This document shows, in pieces, positions 8,474-17,126 of a stretch of 23,024 nucleotides of DNA. Each line of letters opens with the position of its first letter. Within the stretch, counting starts at the first letter, position 1. The DNA comes from Candidatus Undinarchaeota archaeon (GTDB lineage Archaea; SpSt-1190): the NCBI GenBank assembly GCA_964549355.1, contig CAZJUS010000011.1, positions 1-23,024 on the forward strand. Direction: 5' to 3'. The notes beneath the pieces are model-generated. The model did not search any database and was not told the DNA's origin. It saw only the letters and a list, made by a program, of their open reading frames with translations. A program made the translations under genes and the position numbers.

Positions 8474-10246
8474 GTGGATATGATAGTTTCTATTGATGAG
8501 GCTGCGCGGCTTCTCAAGCTGGGCCAGGTGGTCAGCTTCCCGACTGAAACTGCCTATGCTTTCGGCGCCGATGCAACCAACCGCAATGCTGTGGAGCAGA
8601 TTTACAGAATCAAGAAAAGGCTCCACAACAAAAAGATGCCCATCCTTGTCGAATCAATAAAACAGCTGAAGACCATTGCCAACGTCCCGGAAGTCGTGGA
8701 ATATCTCAGCGGGAAGCTCCATCCCGGCCCCGTCAGCCTCGTCATAAGCACCCGCTATCCTTGGATTGGGGCCTTCCGCATAAGCCCCAATAAAACAGCC
8801 CAGGCAATTTTGAAGAAGGTCCGGCGGCCCTTGGTGGCCACATCGGCCAACCTCAGTGGGAAGCCCCCTTCATACTCCCACAATGAGGTCCAGGAGCATT
8901 TCGACATCCCCGTGGTCAAGACGCCGAAGGCCCTGCCCAGAAGGGCGGTCTCCACTATATTCGACCCAGACGGGAGGAAATTCATAAGGGAAGGCCAAGT
9001 CCCGCAGTCCGAAATCCTCAAGCACTACTTCGCATATGACGCTTTGTCAAAAATCCGGCCCCGCACCCTCACTCAAAAACTTGTGGGTAAAATTGTGAAT
9101 GACGTCCTGCACGAAGCAAGGAGGACCATCGGCAGGAATGTAATCTGCGGGGGGAGTGTCGCAAAAGGCACCTACCTGGACCGCATAAAAGATATAGATT
9201 TTTTCTTCTTCTTCGGGAAGAAGACCAAACTGGAAGACAAACTGGAAGACCTAAAAAAACTTGCAGGCAAATTCGGGAAGGTCGAGACCAACTATGCCCA
9301 GCACCCTTACCTTAAAGTTGAAGACTACAAGGGCGTGTCCTTGGAGTTCATCCCTGCCTACAAGACTCGGAAAGGTGAAGTTATATCCGCAGCGGACAGG
9401 AGCATATGGCATGTCGGGTGGGTCAAGGCGCTGGACCAGAAAATCAAAGACGAGATTTTGATTGCAAAACAGTTCTGTATGGGCGTCGGCGTCTACGGGG
9501 CGGACCTCCGCTTCCAGGGCCTGAGCGGGTATGCCATTGAAGTACTTGTGGCCAAAAACGGCGGTTTTATTCCTTTCCTGGAGGACCTGGCGGGCAGGAA
9601 GTGGCCGATTGCGGAGAAGGACCCTGTCGACAGCAAAAGAAATGTCCTGGCATCAGTCAGCAGGGCCACCTTTGCCAAATTCAAGCGGGCTGTGAAAGCA
9701 TACCTCGAAAATCCGTACTGGAACTTCTTCTTCCCGCGGGAGATTCCAGTCTTTGACCGTCTCGGCAACCTTTCAAACAAAGTCTTGGTTGAAATCAAGA
9801 AGCCCGAGGATGCGGCCATAGACGACGCCGTCTGGGGGATGGCCAAAAGATACGCTGGAAAAATTGCCCGGGTGGCAAAAAAAGAAGACTACAGAGTGAA
9901 GAGGTATGATGTTTTTGTCGGGCGAAAAATTATAATAATGTTTGAACTGGAATCCCTCCGCAAAAATGTAAAAGTTGAGGTCGGCCCTCCAACGAAATCA
10001 AAAAAGCACTGTGAAAGGTTCACTGCAAAGAATCCGCAGAATTTTATTGTGGGCGACAGAATCTGGGCGTTCACTGAACCCCGATTCCGTGAATTTTCAC
10101 AGCTGGTCTATGCAACTGAAGACAAGATAGGGGTGCCGGCAGTCTATGACGGCCACCTGATTTCAAAAGCATACAGGGGATACTACGAAAAGGAGAAGCA
10201 GTTCGTGTGCAGGTTCCTGCTCAACAAAGAGCCGTGGGAAATTTAG
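8474..10246 (+). CDS. cca: Fusion protein: N-terminal TsaC/YrdC L-threonylcarbamoyladenylate synthase + C-terminal archaeal class I CCA-adding enzyme
   Basis: About aa 1-185: FPTETAY, IYRIKKR (KxR), HPGPVSL, TSANLSG, STIFD, IREG. About aa 190-590: GGSVAKGTYL...DID, YAQHPY, ADRSIWH, GVYGAD...GLSGY, DPVD.KRNV, VGPP. One uninterrupted ORF; start GTG 8474 or ATG 8480. Confidence 0.92.
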   Translation: MDMIVSIDEAARLLKLGQVVSFPTETAYAFGADATNRNAVEQIYRIKKRLHNKKMPILVESIKQLKTIANVPEVVEYLSGKLHPGPVSLVISTRYPWIGAFRISPNKTAQAILKKVRRPLVATSANLSGKPPSYSHNEVQEHFDIPVVKTPKALPRRAVSTIFDPDGRKFIREGQVPQSEILKHYFAYDALSKIRPRTLTQKLVGKIVNDVLHEARRTIGRNVICGGSVAKGTYLDRIKDIDFFFFFGKKTKLEDKLEDLKKLAGKFGKVETNYAQHPYLKVEDYKGVSLEFIPAYKTRKGEVISAADRSIWHVGWVKALDQKIKDEILIAKQFCMGVGVYGADLRFQGLSGYAIEVLVAKNGGFIPFLEDLAGRKWPIAEKDPVDSKRNVLASVSRATFAKFKRAVKAYLENPYWNFFFPREIPVFDRLGNLSNKVLVEIKKPEDAAIDDAVWGMAKRYAGKIARVAKKEDYRVKRYDVFVGRKIIIMFELESLRKNVKVEVGPPTKSKKHCERFTAKNPQNFIVGDRIWAFTEPRFREFSQLVYATEDKIGVPAVYDGHLISKAYRGYYEKEKQFVCRFLLNKEPWEI

Positions 10247-10247
10247 G

Positions 10248-10262
10248 GAAACCATATAAATA
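10248..10262 (+). promoter_or_regulatory. Putative BRE/TATA promoter for the PAC2 gene
   Basis: GAAACCATATAAATA; the spacing would favour a start near GTG 10281. Confidence 0.45.
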
Positions 10263-10265
10263 AAG

Positions 10266-10961
10266 ATGAAAGGAGCAGGTGTGGGGCTTGAAAAACTCAA
10301 AGGCAAAATTGTCGTGGCGGGATTCCACGGCATAGGCTTTGTGGGTTTTATCGCGGTCGACTTTATGGTGAGGAAGCTTGGGACCCGCAGGGTTGATTGG
10401 TACTTCAACAGGAATCTGCCTGCAGTTGTTTTTGCGGGGAAGGGCAGGCTGGAGATGCCGGTCGAATTCTACACAAAGGACAAGCTCGGCTTCATGAAAA
10501 TCAGCGTGATGGCGGAGCGGGACGTCCTCAATGAAGTCCTTGAGGACAATGTGGCCGCCATGAAAAAAGCAGGGGCCAAAGCTTTGATTGTAATCGGCGG
10601 GCTGGCTTCCAATAAAGCCTCCAGGGGCGCTTTGTTTGGAATCTCGAATGCAAAAGGCGAAAGGTTGATGGAGAAAATGAAGCTCAAACCCCTGGACAAG
10701 GAAATTACAGTCTTCGGGCCGATGGCATCCGCCCTCATATACGGGGAAAGGGCGGGGCTGCCGGTGGTGTGCCTCCTGTCTGAAGCATCTTCCAGTCTGC
10801 CGGACCCGAAGGCGGCCTCAAAAGCGATAAAGCATCTCTCTGAGATTTTCGGCTTTGAATTGAATACCAAAGACCTTGAAAAAGATGCGAAGAAAGTGGA
10901 AAAGCGAATAAAAGAGCTTGACAAAAAGGAAGACCCCCTCAGAGACCGTATGTTTGTTTGA
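10266..10961 (+). CDS. PAC2-family proteasome assembly chaperone
   Basis: VAGFHGIGFVGFIAVDFM, LPAVV, IVIGGL, GPMASAL, PDPKAA, C-terminal coiled helix ending MFV. Start may be 10281. Confidence 0.88.
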   Translation: MKGAGVGLEKLKGKIVVAGFHGIGFVGFIAVDFMVRKLGTRRVDWYFNRNLPAVVFAGKGRLEMPVEFYTKDKLGFMKISVMAERDVLNEVLEDNVAAMKKAGAKALIVIGGLASNKASRGALFGISNAKGERLMEKMKLKPLDKEITVFGPMASALIYGERAGLPVVCLLSEASSSLPDPKAASKAIKHLSEIFGFELNTKDLEKDAKKVEKRIKELDKKEDPLRDRMFV

Positions 10962-11002
10962 AACCTTTAAAATGTCTTTTTCAGGCTGGACAACGTTTAA
11001 AT
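10960..11002 (+). promoter_or_regulatory. Putative BRE/TATA promoter(s) for the large pilus operon
   Basis: GAAACCTTTAAAAT (10960-10973) and ACAACGTTTAAAT (10990-11002) in an AT-rich gap. Confidence 0.45.
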
Positions 11003-11038
11003 GATAGCAGACTGAATTATTTTGTGGGTTTCAGGTTA

Positions 11039-13177
11039 GTGGGTGGTCGGTCGAAGGAAAAGAAAAAGCAGGCAGCCAGCACCATACTGAAATCGGTCCT
11101 GGAAAAAGTCAAGCTCAATTTGATTAAAAAAACTGCACATGTGGTTTCGCAACAGCTGAAGCAGAAAGGCAAGCCTGTAGAAGAGACAAAAATTGAAAAA
11201 ATAATCCGGACTGAAAGGGCCAGTTTGGACAGTGCCGCCAAAAAAGTTGTTGAAAATCCCCGGGCGGAAGGGCAGGTGGTGCAGGAGCTGGCCCAGCAGA
11301 TCGGCCCCCGGGTTGAGCAGATGCCTGTCGGAGTGCCTGTTGCAGTCCCGGTTCCGGGGATTGATACGCCTTCCATATCCCCGTCGCTCAGGGAAAAGCT
11401 GGCAGGGCGTGATGAAGAAAACCTGTCCCCCGAAATGAAAGCAAAACTCGAGGAGGAAAGGGCAAAGGCAGAGGCGGCCGCCAAAGCAGGTGCCCGAATC
11501 GGTGGCGGAGGAGAGAAGGGCAGGTATATGGTGCCTTACGGCTACGTGGCCCCTCTGCTGAAGGATATGAGCGGCCCCCGGATTATTGAGAAAGTCCAGG
11601 AGCTGTACTACGTGCCCTTCGAATCCGGAGACCAGGAAAAAATGCAAATCAACACGCGGTATCCGCTCATCCCCAACAATCCGAAGCAGGGGGAGCAGGT
11701 TTATGCGTGGGCACATATCTACTGGAACAAGAATGAAAGGGGTTTGATATACCATGTGATCGAGCCCCAGCTCTCACCGCAGGAAAGGCAGATGCTCAAA
11801 AAAATTGAGGAGAAGCTTGAGGAGAAGCTTGATGTGATTTTTGTCCCCGACCAGCTTCAGAAGCATACGCAGTATCTGGACAAAAAAATTCAGGAGATCA
11901 TCGACCTGTACGGCCTGAAAGCCTCCCCGCAGCTTGCCGACAAATTGAAATACTACATTACGAGGGATTTTGTCGGACTTGGGAGGATAGAACCCTTGAT
12001 GTCAGACCCTGATATCGAAGACATAAGCTGCGACGGCGTCAACATCCCGCTCTACATTTTCCATCGGAACCCTTTGTACGGCCAAATCAAGACCAACATA
12101 ATGTTCACCAGCAAGGATGAGCTGGACAGTTTTGTCATCAAGCTTTCCCAGAAAAGCGGGAAGAACATCAGCGTTGCACAGCCGTTGCTGGACGCCAGCC
12201 TTCCAGACGGGTCCCGTCTGCAGGCAACTCTCGGAAGCGACATTGCAAGGCGGGGCAGCAACTTCACTATCCGCAAATTCACAAAGGACCCAATCACCCC
12301 CACCAAACTCATGGAATTCGGAAGCGCAAATCCATCAGTCCTGGCTTATCTGTGGCTGTGCATTGAATACGGCAAGAGCATCCTGATCACAGGTTCAACA
12401 GCAACAGGAAAAACATCAATGCTGAATTCAACAAGTCTGTTCATCCGGCCGGAGCTGAAAGTGGTCAGCATTGAAGACACGGCCGAATTAACGCTCCCGC
12501 ATCCCAACTGGGTCCCGCAGGTTGCACGCCCGGGCTATGGTGAAAAATCATACGGTGCAGTTGAAATGTTCGACCTGCTCAAGGCGGCGCTGAGGCAGAG
12601 GCCTGATTACGTAATAGTGGGGGAGGTCAGAGGTGCAGAAGCCAGTGTGATGTTCCAGGGGATGGCGACAGGACACCCAGCACTCGCCACCATCCATGCA
12701 TCTTCCCTGCAAAACCTCGTAGACCGCCTGACTACGGCCCCGATCAACCTCAGCCCTGCGCTTTTGGAAAACCTGGACATTATTGTTTTTCTGGAAAAAA
12801 GCAAGATTAAAGGCCGTTTTGTAAGGCGGATCCGCGAAATCGACGAAACCATGGGCGTCAATGTCAAAGCTCAAAAAATACTGCCCAACAAAATGTTTGA
12901 ATGGAATCCTGTCACGGACGAAATTGCAATGACGGGCAAAAGCATTGTGCTGCAGAAAATTGCAGAATTCCGGGGCATCAAGTATGAGACCATCATGAAA
13001 GAACTGAAACGCCGTGCATTGTTCCTTGAGTGGCTGGGGATGAACAAGGTTACGAACTTCCGGCAATTCAGCCAGTGGATTCGTGCATACTATTCCGACC
13101 CGGAAAAAGTTATGGAAAAGGTGATGAAGGATGTCCAAAGAAAAGTGGGACAGGAAACTAAAAAAGACGGCGCTTAA
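11039..13177 (+). CDS. Type IV pilus assembly ATPase (ArlI/FlaI-PilB family) with long N-terminal extension
   Basis: YHVIEP, YYITRDFVGLGRIEPLMSDPDIEDISCDG, Walker A GSTATGKTS, SIEDTAEL, LRQRPDYVIVGEVRG, ATGH...TIHA. Start uncertain (10958, 11024 or 11039); the TATA motifs favour the later starts. Confidence 0.95.
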   Translation: MGGRSKEKKKQAASTILKSVLEKVKLNLIKKTAHVVSQQLKQKGKPVEETKIEKIIRTERASLDSAAKKVVENPRAEGQVVQELAQQIGPRVEQMPVGVPVAVPVPGIDTPSISPSLREKLAGRDEENLSPEMKAKLEEERAKAEAAAKAGARIGGGGEKGRYMVPYGYVAPLLKDMSGPRIIEKVQELYYVPFESGDQEKMQINTRYPLIPNNPKQGEQVYAWAHIYWNKNERGLIYHVIEPQLSPQERQMLKKIEEKLEEKLDVIFVPDQLQKHTQYLDKKIQEIIDLYGLKASPQLADKLKYYITRDFVGLGRIEPLMSDPDIEDISCDGVNIPLYIFHRNPLYGQIKTNIMFTSKDELDSFVIKLSQKSGKNISVAQPLLDASLPDGSRLQATLGSDIARRGSNFTIRKFTKDPITPTKLMEFGSANPSVLAYLWLCIEYGKSILITGSTATGKTSMLNSTSLFIRPELKVVSIEDTAELTLPHPNWVPQVARPGYGEKSYGAVEMFDLLKAALRQRPDYVIVGEVRGAEASVMFQGMATGHPALATIHASSLQNLVDRLTTAPINLSPALLENLDIIVFLEKSKIKGRFVRRIREIDETMGVNVKAQKILPNKMFEWNPVTDEIAMTGKSIVLQKIAEFRGIKYETIMKELKRRALFLEWLGMNKVTNFRQFSQWIRAYYSDPEKVMEKVMKDVQRKVGQETKKDGA

Positions 13178-14003
13178 GTATTTTGGAAAACTGGCCGACG
13201 ACATGGGCATCAGTGAACAAATGAAGCTCAATATGAAGCAGGCCAACCTGACATTCACTGGTGAAGAATATTCAAGCTTGCTTTTGATGGGTTCGCTGAT
13301 TATTCCGATTTTCATTACCTTCCCACTGGCATTGTTGAGTCTGTTGCTGGGAGCATCCCCCCTGCTCTCGCTGATGATTTTAATATTCGGAACAGTGATA
13401 GTCGCACTCATAATATTCACAATCGGGTATATGTATCCCAGTGCAAAAGTTTCCGAAATAAAAAAGAACATAACCAACAATCTTCCATTTGCAACCATTT
13501 ACATGGCAACCCTGGCAAACTCGGGCATGAACCCGAGCCAGATGTTTGAAGTGCTTTCGCATTTTGAAGAATTCGGCTATGTCTCAAAAGAAGCTTCGCG
13601 CATTACCCGGGATGTCAACCTCATGGGGACTGACATCGCAACGGCCATAGAAAGGGCGGCCGAAAGAACCCCCAGTACCGCGTTCAGAGAGCTTTTGTGG
13701 GGCATGAGAAGCACGCTTACCAGCGGAGGGGATATCCGCAGTTTTTTAGTGGAAAAATCGCACAGCTCCATGGCAGACTACCGGAGGTTTCTTGATAAAT
13801 TTGTAGACCAGCTTTCAATTCTGATTGAGATTTATATCACAGCGGTCATTGTAGGCTCCATTTTCTTCATAATAATGGGGATTATCATGGGGCTGATGGG
13901 AGGGGGCGAAACTCTTTCGCTTGTACGTTTGGTAATATATTTCGGGATTCCTGTAATATCGGTGATGTTCATGATACTAATATCGGGGTTGAGTCCGGAG
14001 TGA
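13131..14003 (+). CDS. Type IV pilus platform protein (T2SS-F, PilC/TadC-like) 1
   Basis: YP..K...I.NNLPFATIYMATLANSG, G.DI.TAI..AAERTPS..FRELL.G...L.SGGD; multiple TMs; follows the ATPase. Confidence 0.92.
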   Translation: MSKEKWDRKLKKTALKYFGKLADDMGISEQMKLNMKQANLTFTGEEYSSLLLMGSLIIPIFITFPLALLSLLLGASPLLSLMILIFGTVIVALIIFTIGYMYPSAKVSEIKKNITNNLPFATIYMATLANSGMNPSQMFEVLSHFEEFGYVSKEASRITRDVNLMGTDIATAIERAAERTPSTAFRELLWGMRSTLTSGGDIRSFLVEKSHSSMADYRRFLDKFVDQLSILIEIYITAVIVGSIFFIIMGIIMGLMGGGETLSLVRLVIYFGIPVISVMFMILISGLSPE

Positions 14004-14009
14004 ATAAAA

Positions 14010-15119
14010 ATGGAAATAAGTAAAATGCTGCAAGTGTCAATCGGAATTTCCGGGATTTCCATTATTCTGATCCTGGCACTGAATGGTTTTGATTTTAATG
14101 TATCTCTCCCTTTTCTTCCAATTTCGATAATTGTTGGATTCACTCCGTACTTCATTTACAGGTATATTCGGTACAACAAAGTAAAAATGATGGAAAGCTC
14201 TTTTCCGGATTTCCTGCGAATGCTTTCTGAATCACAAAAATCCGGAATCAACCTTCCACAAGCTACAGTGAATGCCAGCAAAATGGATTACGGGCCGCTG
14301 AACGAAGAAATCAAAAAAATGTCTTCGCAGATAAGCTGGGGGATTCCGTTCCCAAAAGTCCTGAAGATGTTTTCAGACCGAGTCCAGGATTCAAAGTTTC
14401 TAAGAAGAAGCATTGCAATCATCCTTGAATCGTTCCGAAGCGGGGGGGATGTTGCAGAAGTGATGAACAGCGTGGCAGACAGTTCGAGGCTGATCAAGGA
14501 TCTTGAGGCAGACAGGACCAGCAAATTCAACCAGCAACTGGTGATAATGTATGCAATTTACCTCATTTTCATAGTAATTATTATCGCACTCAACCGCATA
14601 CTCCTGCCCATGTTTTCATTGTCCGGCAGCCAGGACATCGGAGGTGTGGGCATCACAATGGGCAGCCTTGATGCCAATGTCTACCGCACATTATTCTTCC
14701 ACATGATAATAATGCAGGCGATATTTTCCGGTCTGCTGGCAGGTTTGGTGGGTGAAGGGTCCCTCATCGCCGGCTTCAAGCATTTGATGGTCATGCTGAC
14801 AGTCGGGACTCTCGCATTCGCTCTTTTCATACCGACCCAACAGCTGACGATTATTGTCGAAGAACCATATGAAGTATTCCAAGCGGGGACATTGCTGGAC
14901 CTGACAGGAACAGTTTTGGATAATGAGAAGCTGCCTCTTAAGGATGCGGAAATTCGGATCATCATCAATGATGCAACATATGTTACCCTGACCGACAATG
15001 TTGGAATGTTCTACCAAAAAATCATACTCCCAACCCGTCCCGGAAAATACAAAATTGAAGTTGAAGCAACATCAGGCAGAGACAAAGGAAAAACTTCAAT
15101 AGAGGTGACGGTCGGATGA
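14010..15119 (+). CDS. Type IV pilus platform protein (T2SS-F, PilC/TadC-like) 2 with an extra C-terminal beta-sandwich domain
   Basis: MESSFPDFLRMLSESQKSG, DYGPL..EI.KM..QISWG.PF, SGGDV..V, QAIFSGLLAG..GEG...AGFKH, then about 95 aa of soluble Ig-like tail. Confidence 0.92.
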   Translation: MEISKMLQVSIGISGISIILILALNGFDFNVSLPFLPISIIVGFTPYFIYRYIRYNKVKMMESSFPDFLRMLSESQKSGINLPQATVNASKMDYGPLNEEIKKMSSQISWGIPFPKVLKMFSDRVQDSKFLRRSIAIILESFRSGGDVAEVMNSVADSSRLIKDLEADRTSKFNQQLVIMYAIYLIFIVIIIALNRILLPMFSLSGSQDIGGVGITMGSLDANVYRTLFFHMIIMQAIFSGLLAGLVGEGSLIAGFKHLMVMLTVGTLAFALFIPTQQLTIIVEEPYEVFQAGTLLDLTGTVLDNEKLPLKDAEIRIIINDATYVTLTDNVGMFYQKIILPTRPGKYKIEVEATSGRDKGKTSIEVTVG

Positions 15120-15880
15120 AGTTGCTCAGGGGCATTGCAATCGCGGGTTTGGTTTTAATTGCGGTTTTTGCAGTGTGCGGTGACAAAATTTGTGAAAGCC
15201 ATGAATACAAAAATTGCAGGGATTGCGCAATGACGCAACCAAATTTTGCCTGCGATTCCTATCCCGATGCCCAAACATCCCGGGACCCCGACTGTGAAAA
15301 TATTGGGGGGTGCTACGGACCGCAGAGCGACATGTACCTGTACAGCAACGGAAGAGGTGCAAGTTGCTGGCCGGGGAAGTGCAGCGGAGGGTCGTGCGAC
15401 TCCACATGCACTGCAAATTCGGATTGCACAAGCGGGTTCTGCATAAACGGCTCCTGCAATGCGCTTTGCCTGCAGGACCCCAAGGAAACCGCATTAAACT
15501 GCACACAATCCGGGGCATACACAATAACACCCCTAAAATCCACAATATATACAGGAACGCCAACATATGTTGTTTTCAATATTTCCGGCTCCGGATCAGC
15601 AACGGTCCAAGCCCGCGGGCCGTGTGATTTGGAATACCCGACAACAGTCGATTTGACCTTCAGCAGTGCTCCCGTAATTGTTGAAATCAGCAACTGCAGT
15701 TTTACAGGCGTGAGCTCCATCCGCTTGAACACCAGCGATTCGAGCGGAGTTGTTCACTTTCTGTCTTTTCCAACATTGAGGTACAGCACAGGTGAAATTC
15801 CGGCAAGAACAGTCGGACAGATTTCGTTGGCGAATAGAATGGCCGGCTCCCCGGTGGAGGTGACAGTTTGGGTGGGATAA
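15116..15880 (+). CDS. Secreted Cys-rich protein of the pilus operon
   Basis: Signal peptide MKLLRGIAIAGLVLIAVFA; CGDKICE..E..NC.DC and CT.NSDC.SG.CINGSC modules; beta-rich C-terminal half; ATGA overlap and GAGGTGA RBS. Confidence 0.8.
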   Translation: MKLLRGIAIAGLVLIAVFAVCGDKICESHEYKNCRDCAMTQPNFACDSYPDAQTSRDPDCENIGGCYGPQSDMYLYSNGRGASCWPGKCSGGSCDSTCTANSDCTSGFCINGSCNALCLQDPKETALNCTQSGAYTITPLKSTIYTGTPTYVVFNISGSGSATVQARGPCDLEYPTTVDLTFSSAPVIVEISNCSFTGVSSIRLNTSDSSGVVHFLSFPTLRYSTGEIPARTVGQISLANRMAGSPVEVTVWVG

Positions 15881-16482
15881 AGGGGCAATCTTCCGCGGAC
15901 TATATTTCATCCGCATTCATTTTTTCGCTTGCAGTGCTGTTCACTTTCGTTGAAATTACTTCAACATACTACTCACGATCCTGGGAAATGACAGCTGCAA
16001 ATTCCAAAATGGATGCTGAAAAATTTGCATACTATTTGGTAAAAAATTCAGGAAACTGGTCTTCAAACCCTTTTAATTCAACATCGATTGCCTTCGGAGG
16101 AGACACCATAAACGAAACCCGTCTCCAATACTTCATGGGAATGCCGTATCAGACTGCACAAAATAAAACCCGCATGAAAAAAAACTTCATGGTTGAGGTC
16201 CGGACGCTCCCTTCAATCGGGGTAATGTCCGACATTTCTGAGTTTTACTGCAACAGTTCAACAGTGGATATCAATTTGGCCACCACCGTAAATTCAACAC
16301 TGTCCCTGGTGATCATTGGAGGCGATTATCCCAACAGGACCATGTATGTGTCCACGACAATTGGAGAATTCCATAGTTTTTCAGACATCCTGCCGATAGG
16401 GCCTTTTAACCTCAAAGCCCTGGCATACAGCGGGGACACTTATGGGACCTATGAGGCGACATTCAGGGTGATTGATTGCTGA
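15868..16482 (+). CDS. Minor pilin-like protein with class III signal peptide
   Basis: IKG|QSSADYISSAFIFSLAVLF; GGAGGTGA RBS before a TTG start; N-glycosylation sequons. Confidence 0.8.
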   Translation: MGGIKGQSSADYISSAFIFSLAVLFTFVEITSTYYSRSWEMTAANSKMDAEKFAYYLVKNSGNWSSNPFNSTSIAFGGDTINETRLQYFMGMPYQTAQNKTRMKKNFMVEVRTLPSIGVMSDISEFYCNSSTVDINLATTVNSTLSLVIIGGDYPNRTMYVSTTIGEFHSFSDILPIGPFNLKALAYSGDTYGTYEATFRVIDC

Positions 16483-17126
16483 AAAGCACGGAAGCGGTGG
16501 TCGCGGGAATGCTGGTTTTAGGCGTAATTATCGCACTTTTCAATGTGCCGAAAATCAAAACAAACGACCCTGTTGAAAGCTACATAACCTCCGTCCTGGA
16601 TGCATACCAAGACATCATAGAAGCTTTGGTTACTACTGACCCTTATGCCCTGCGCCTTATCCTGGAATCGGTCCTCCCCTTAGGGTACAATTCGCGAATC
16701 AAAATAAATTATTTCACTTCACTGTACGCAATAACAGGAACAAGTGAATCGGTCCCTTATGAAACCTACCTGGTGCTTCCTACTGAAGTGAAAACAAGCC
16801 TTTCGGATTATGGAATTGAAAGCAACTGGTATTGCTCAGTATTCACAATTAAAAACTCAGGGGATTCTGACTTAAAAAATCAAACGATGGATTTGAGTGT
16901 TTCCATTGTTCCGCCGGACATAGATGCAGATGGAATTAATGAGCCTGTTGACCTGAGCTCCATCCAAGCATTCACAAATGAAGGAAAAATTGAAACTCAA
17001 ATAAAAAGTTATGAATACAAAGGGGATAAGTTTGTAGTGGTGATTCATGCAGACGTTGGAGAAATTAAAGCAGGGGAGGCTAAGAATCTGTATGTATATT
17101 ATTTGGTGGGGGATGATTATGAATAA
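16476..17126 (+). CDS. Pilin-like protein lacking a cleavable leader; C-terminal DUF2341-like segment
   Basis: MLKSTEAVVAGMLVLGVIIALF N-terminal helix; GGGTGA RBS; C-terminal EIKAGEAKNLYVYY resembles TLVASETKNIYFYY of the next gene. Confidence 0.7.
   Translation: MLKSTEAVVAGMLVLGVIIALFNVPKIKTNDPVESYITSVLDAYQDIIEALVTTDPYALRLILESVLPLGYNSRIKINYFTSLYAITGTSESVPYETYLVLPTEVKTSLSDYGIESNWYCSVFTIKNSGDSDLKNQTMDLSVSIVPPDIDADGINEPVDLSSIQAFTNEGKIETQIKSYEYKGDKFVVVIHADVGEIKAGEAKNLYVYYLVGDDYE

Noticed and set aside
9015..9035. KHY at the TsaC-CCA junction as a remnant of the Sua5 PGM...HY linker
   Set aside because: No PGM, it lies too close to the YrdC end, and the TSAN signature is TsaC-type; likely coincidence.
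9227..9250. 12-bp tandem duplication AAACTGGAAGAC x2 (KLED KLED)
   Set aside because: Short in-frame duplication in a helix; only two copies, no array.
11805..11832. 12-bp tandem duplication TTGAGGAGAAGC x2 (EEKL EEKL)
   Set aside because: In-frame coding micro-duplication; not CRISPR or regulatory.
12548..13498. 316-aa minus-strand ORF (also 11036-11755)
   Set aside because: Antisense to the well-supported ATPase and platform genes.
11039..15119. Archaellum (arlI/arlJ) assignment
   Set aside because: Two separate single-domain platform genes and no arlH or archaellins; fits a type IV pilus better.
15100..15880. Shared C-terminal EVTV in two consecutive proteins as a sorting motif
   Set aside because: In both cases the codons GAG GTG A double as the GAGGTGA RBS of the next gene, which is enough to explain it.
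17047..17118. Longer N-terminus for the DUF2341 protein given by the ORF track
   Set aside because: Deeply overlaps the upstream gene; a clean signal peptide begins at ATG 17119.
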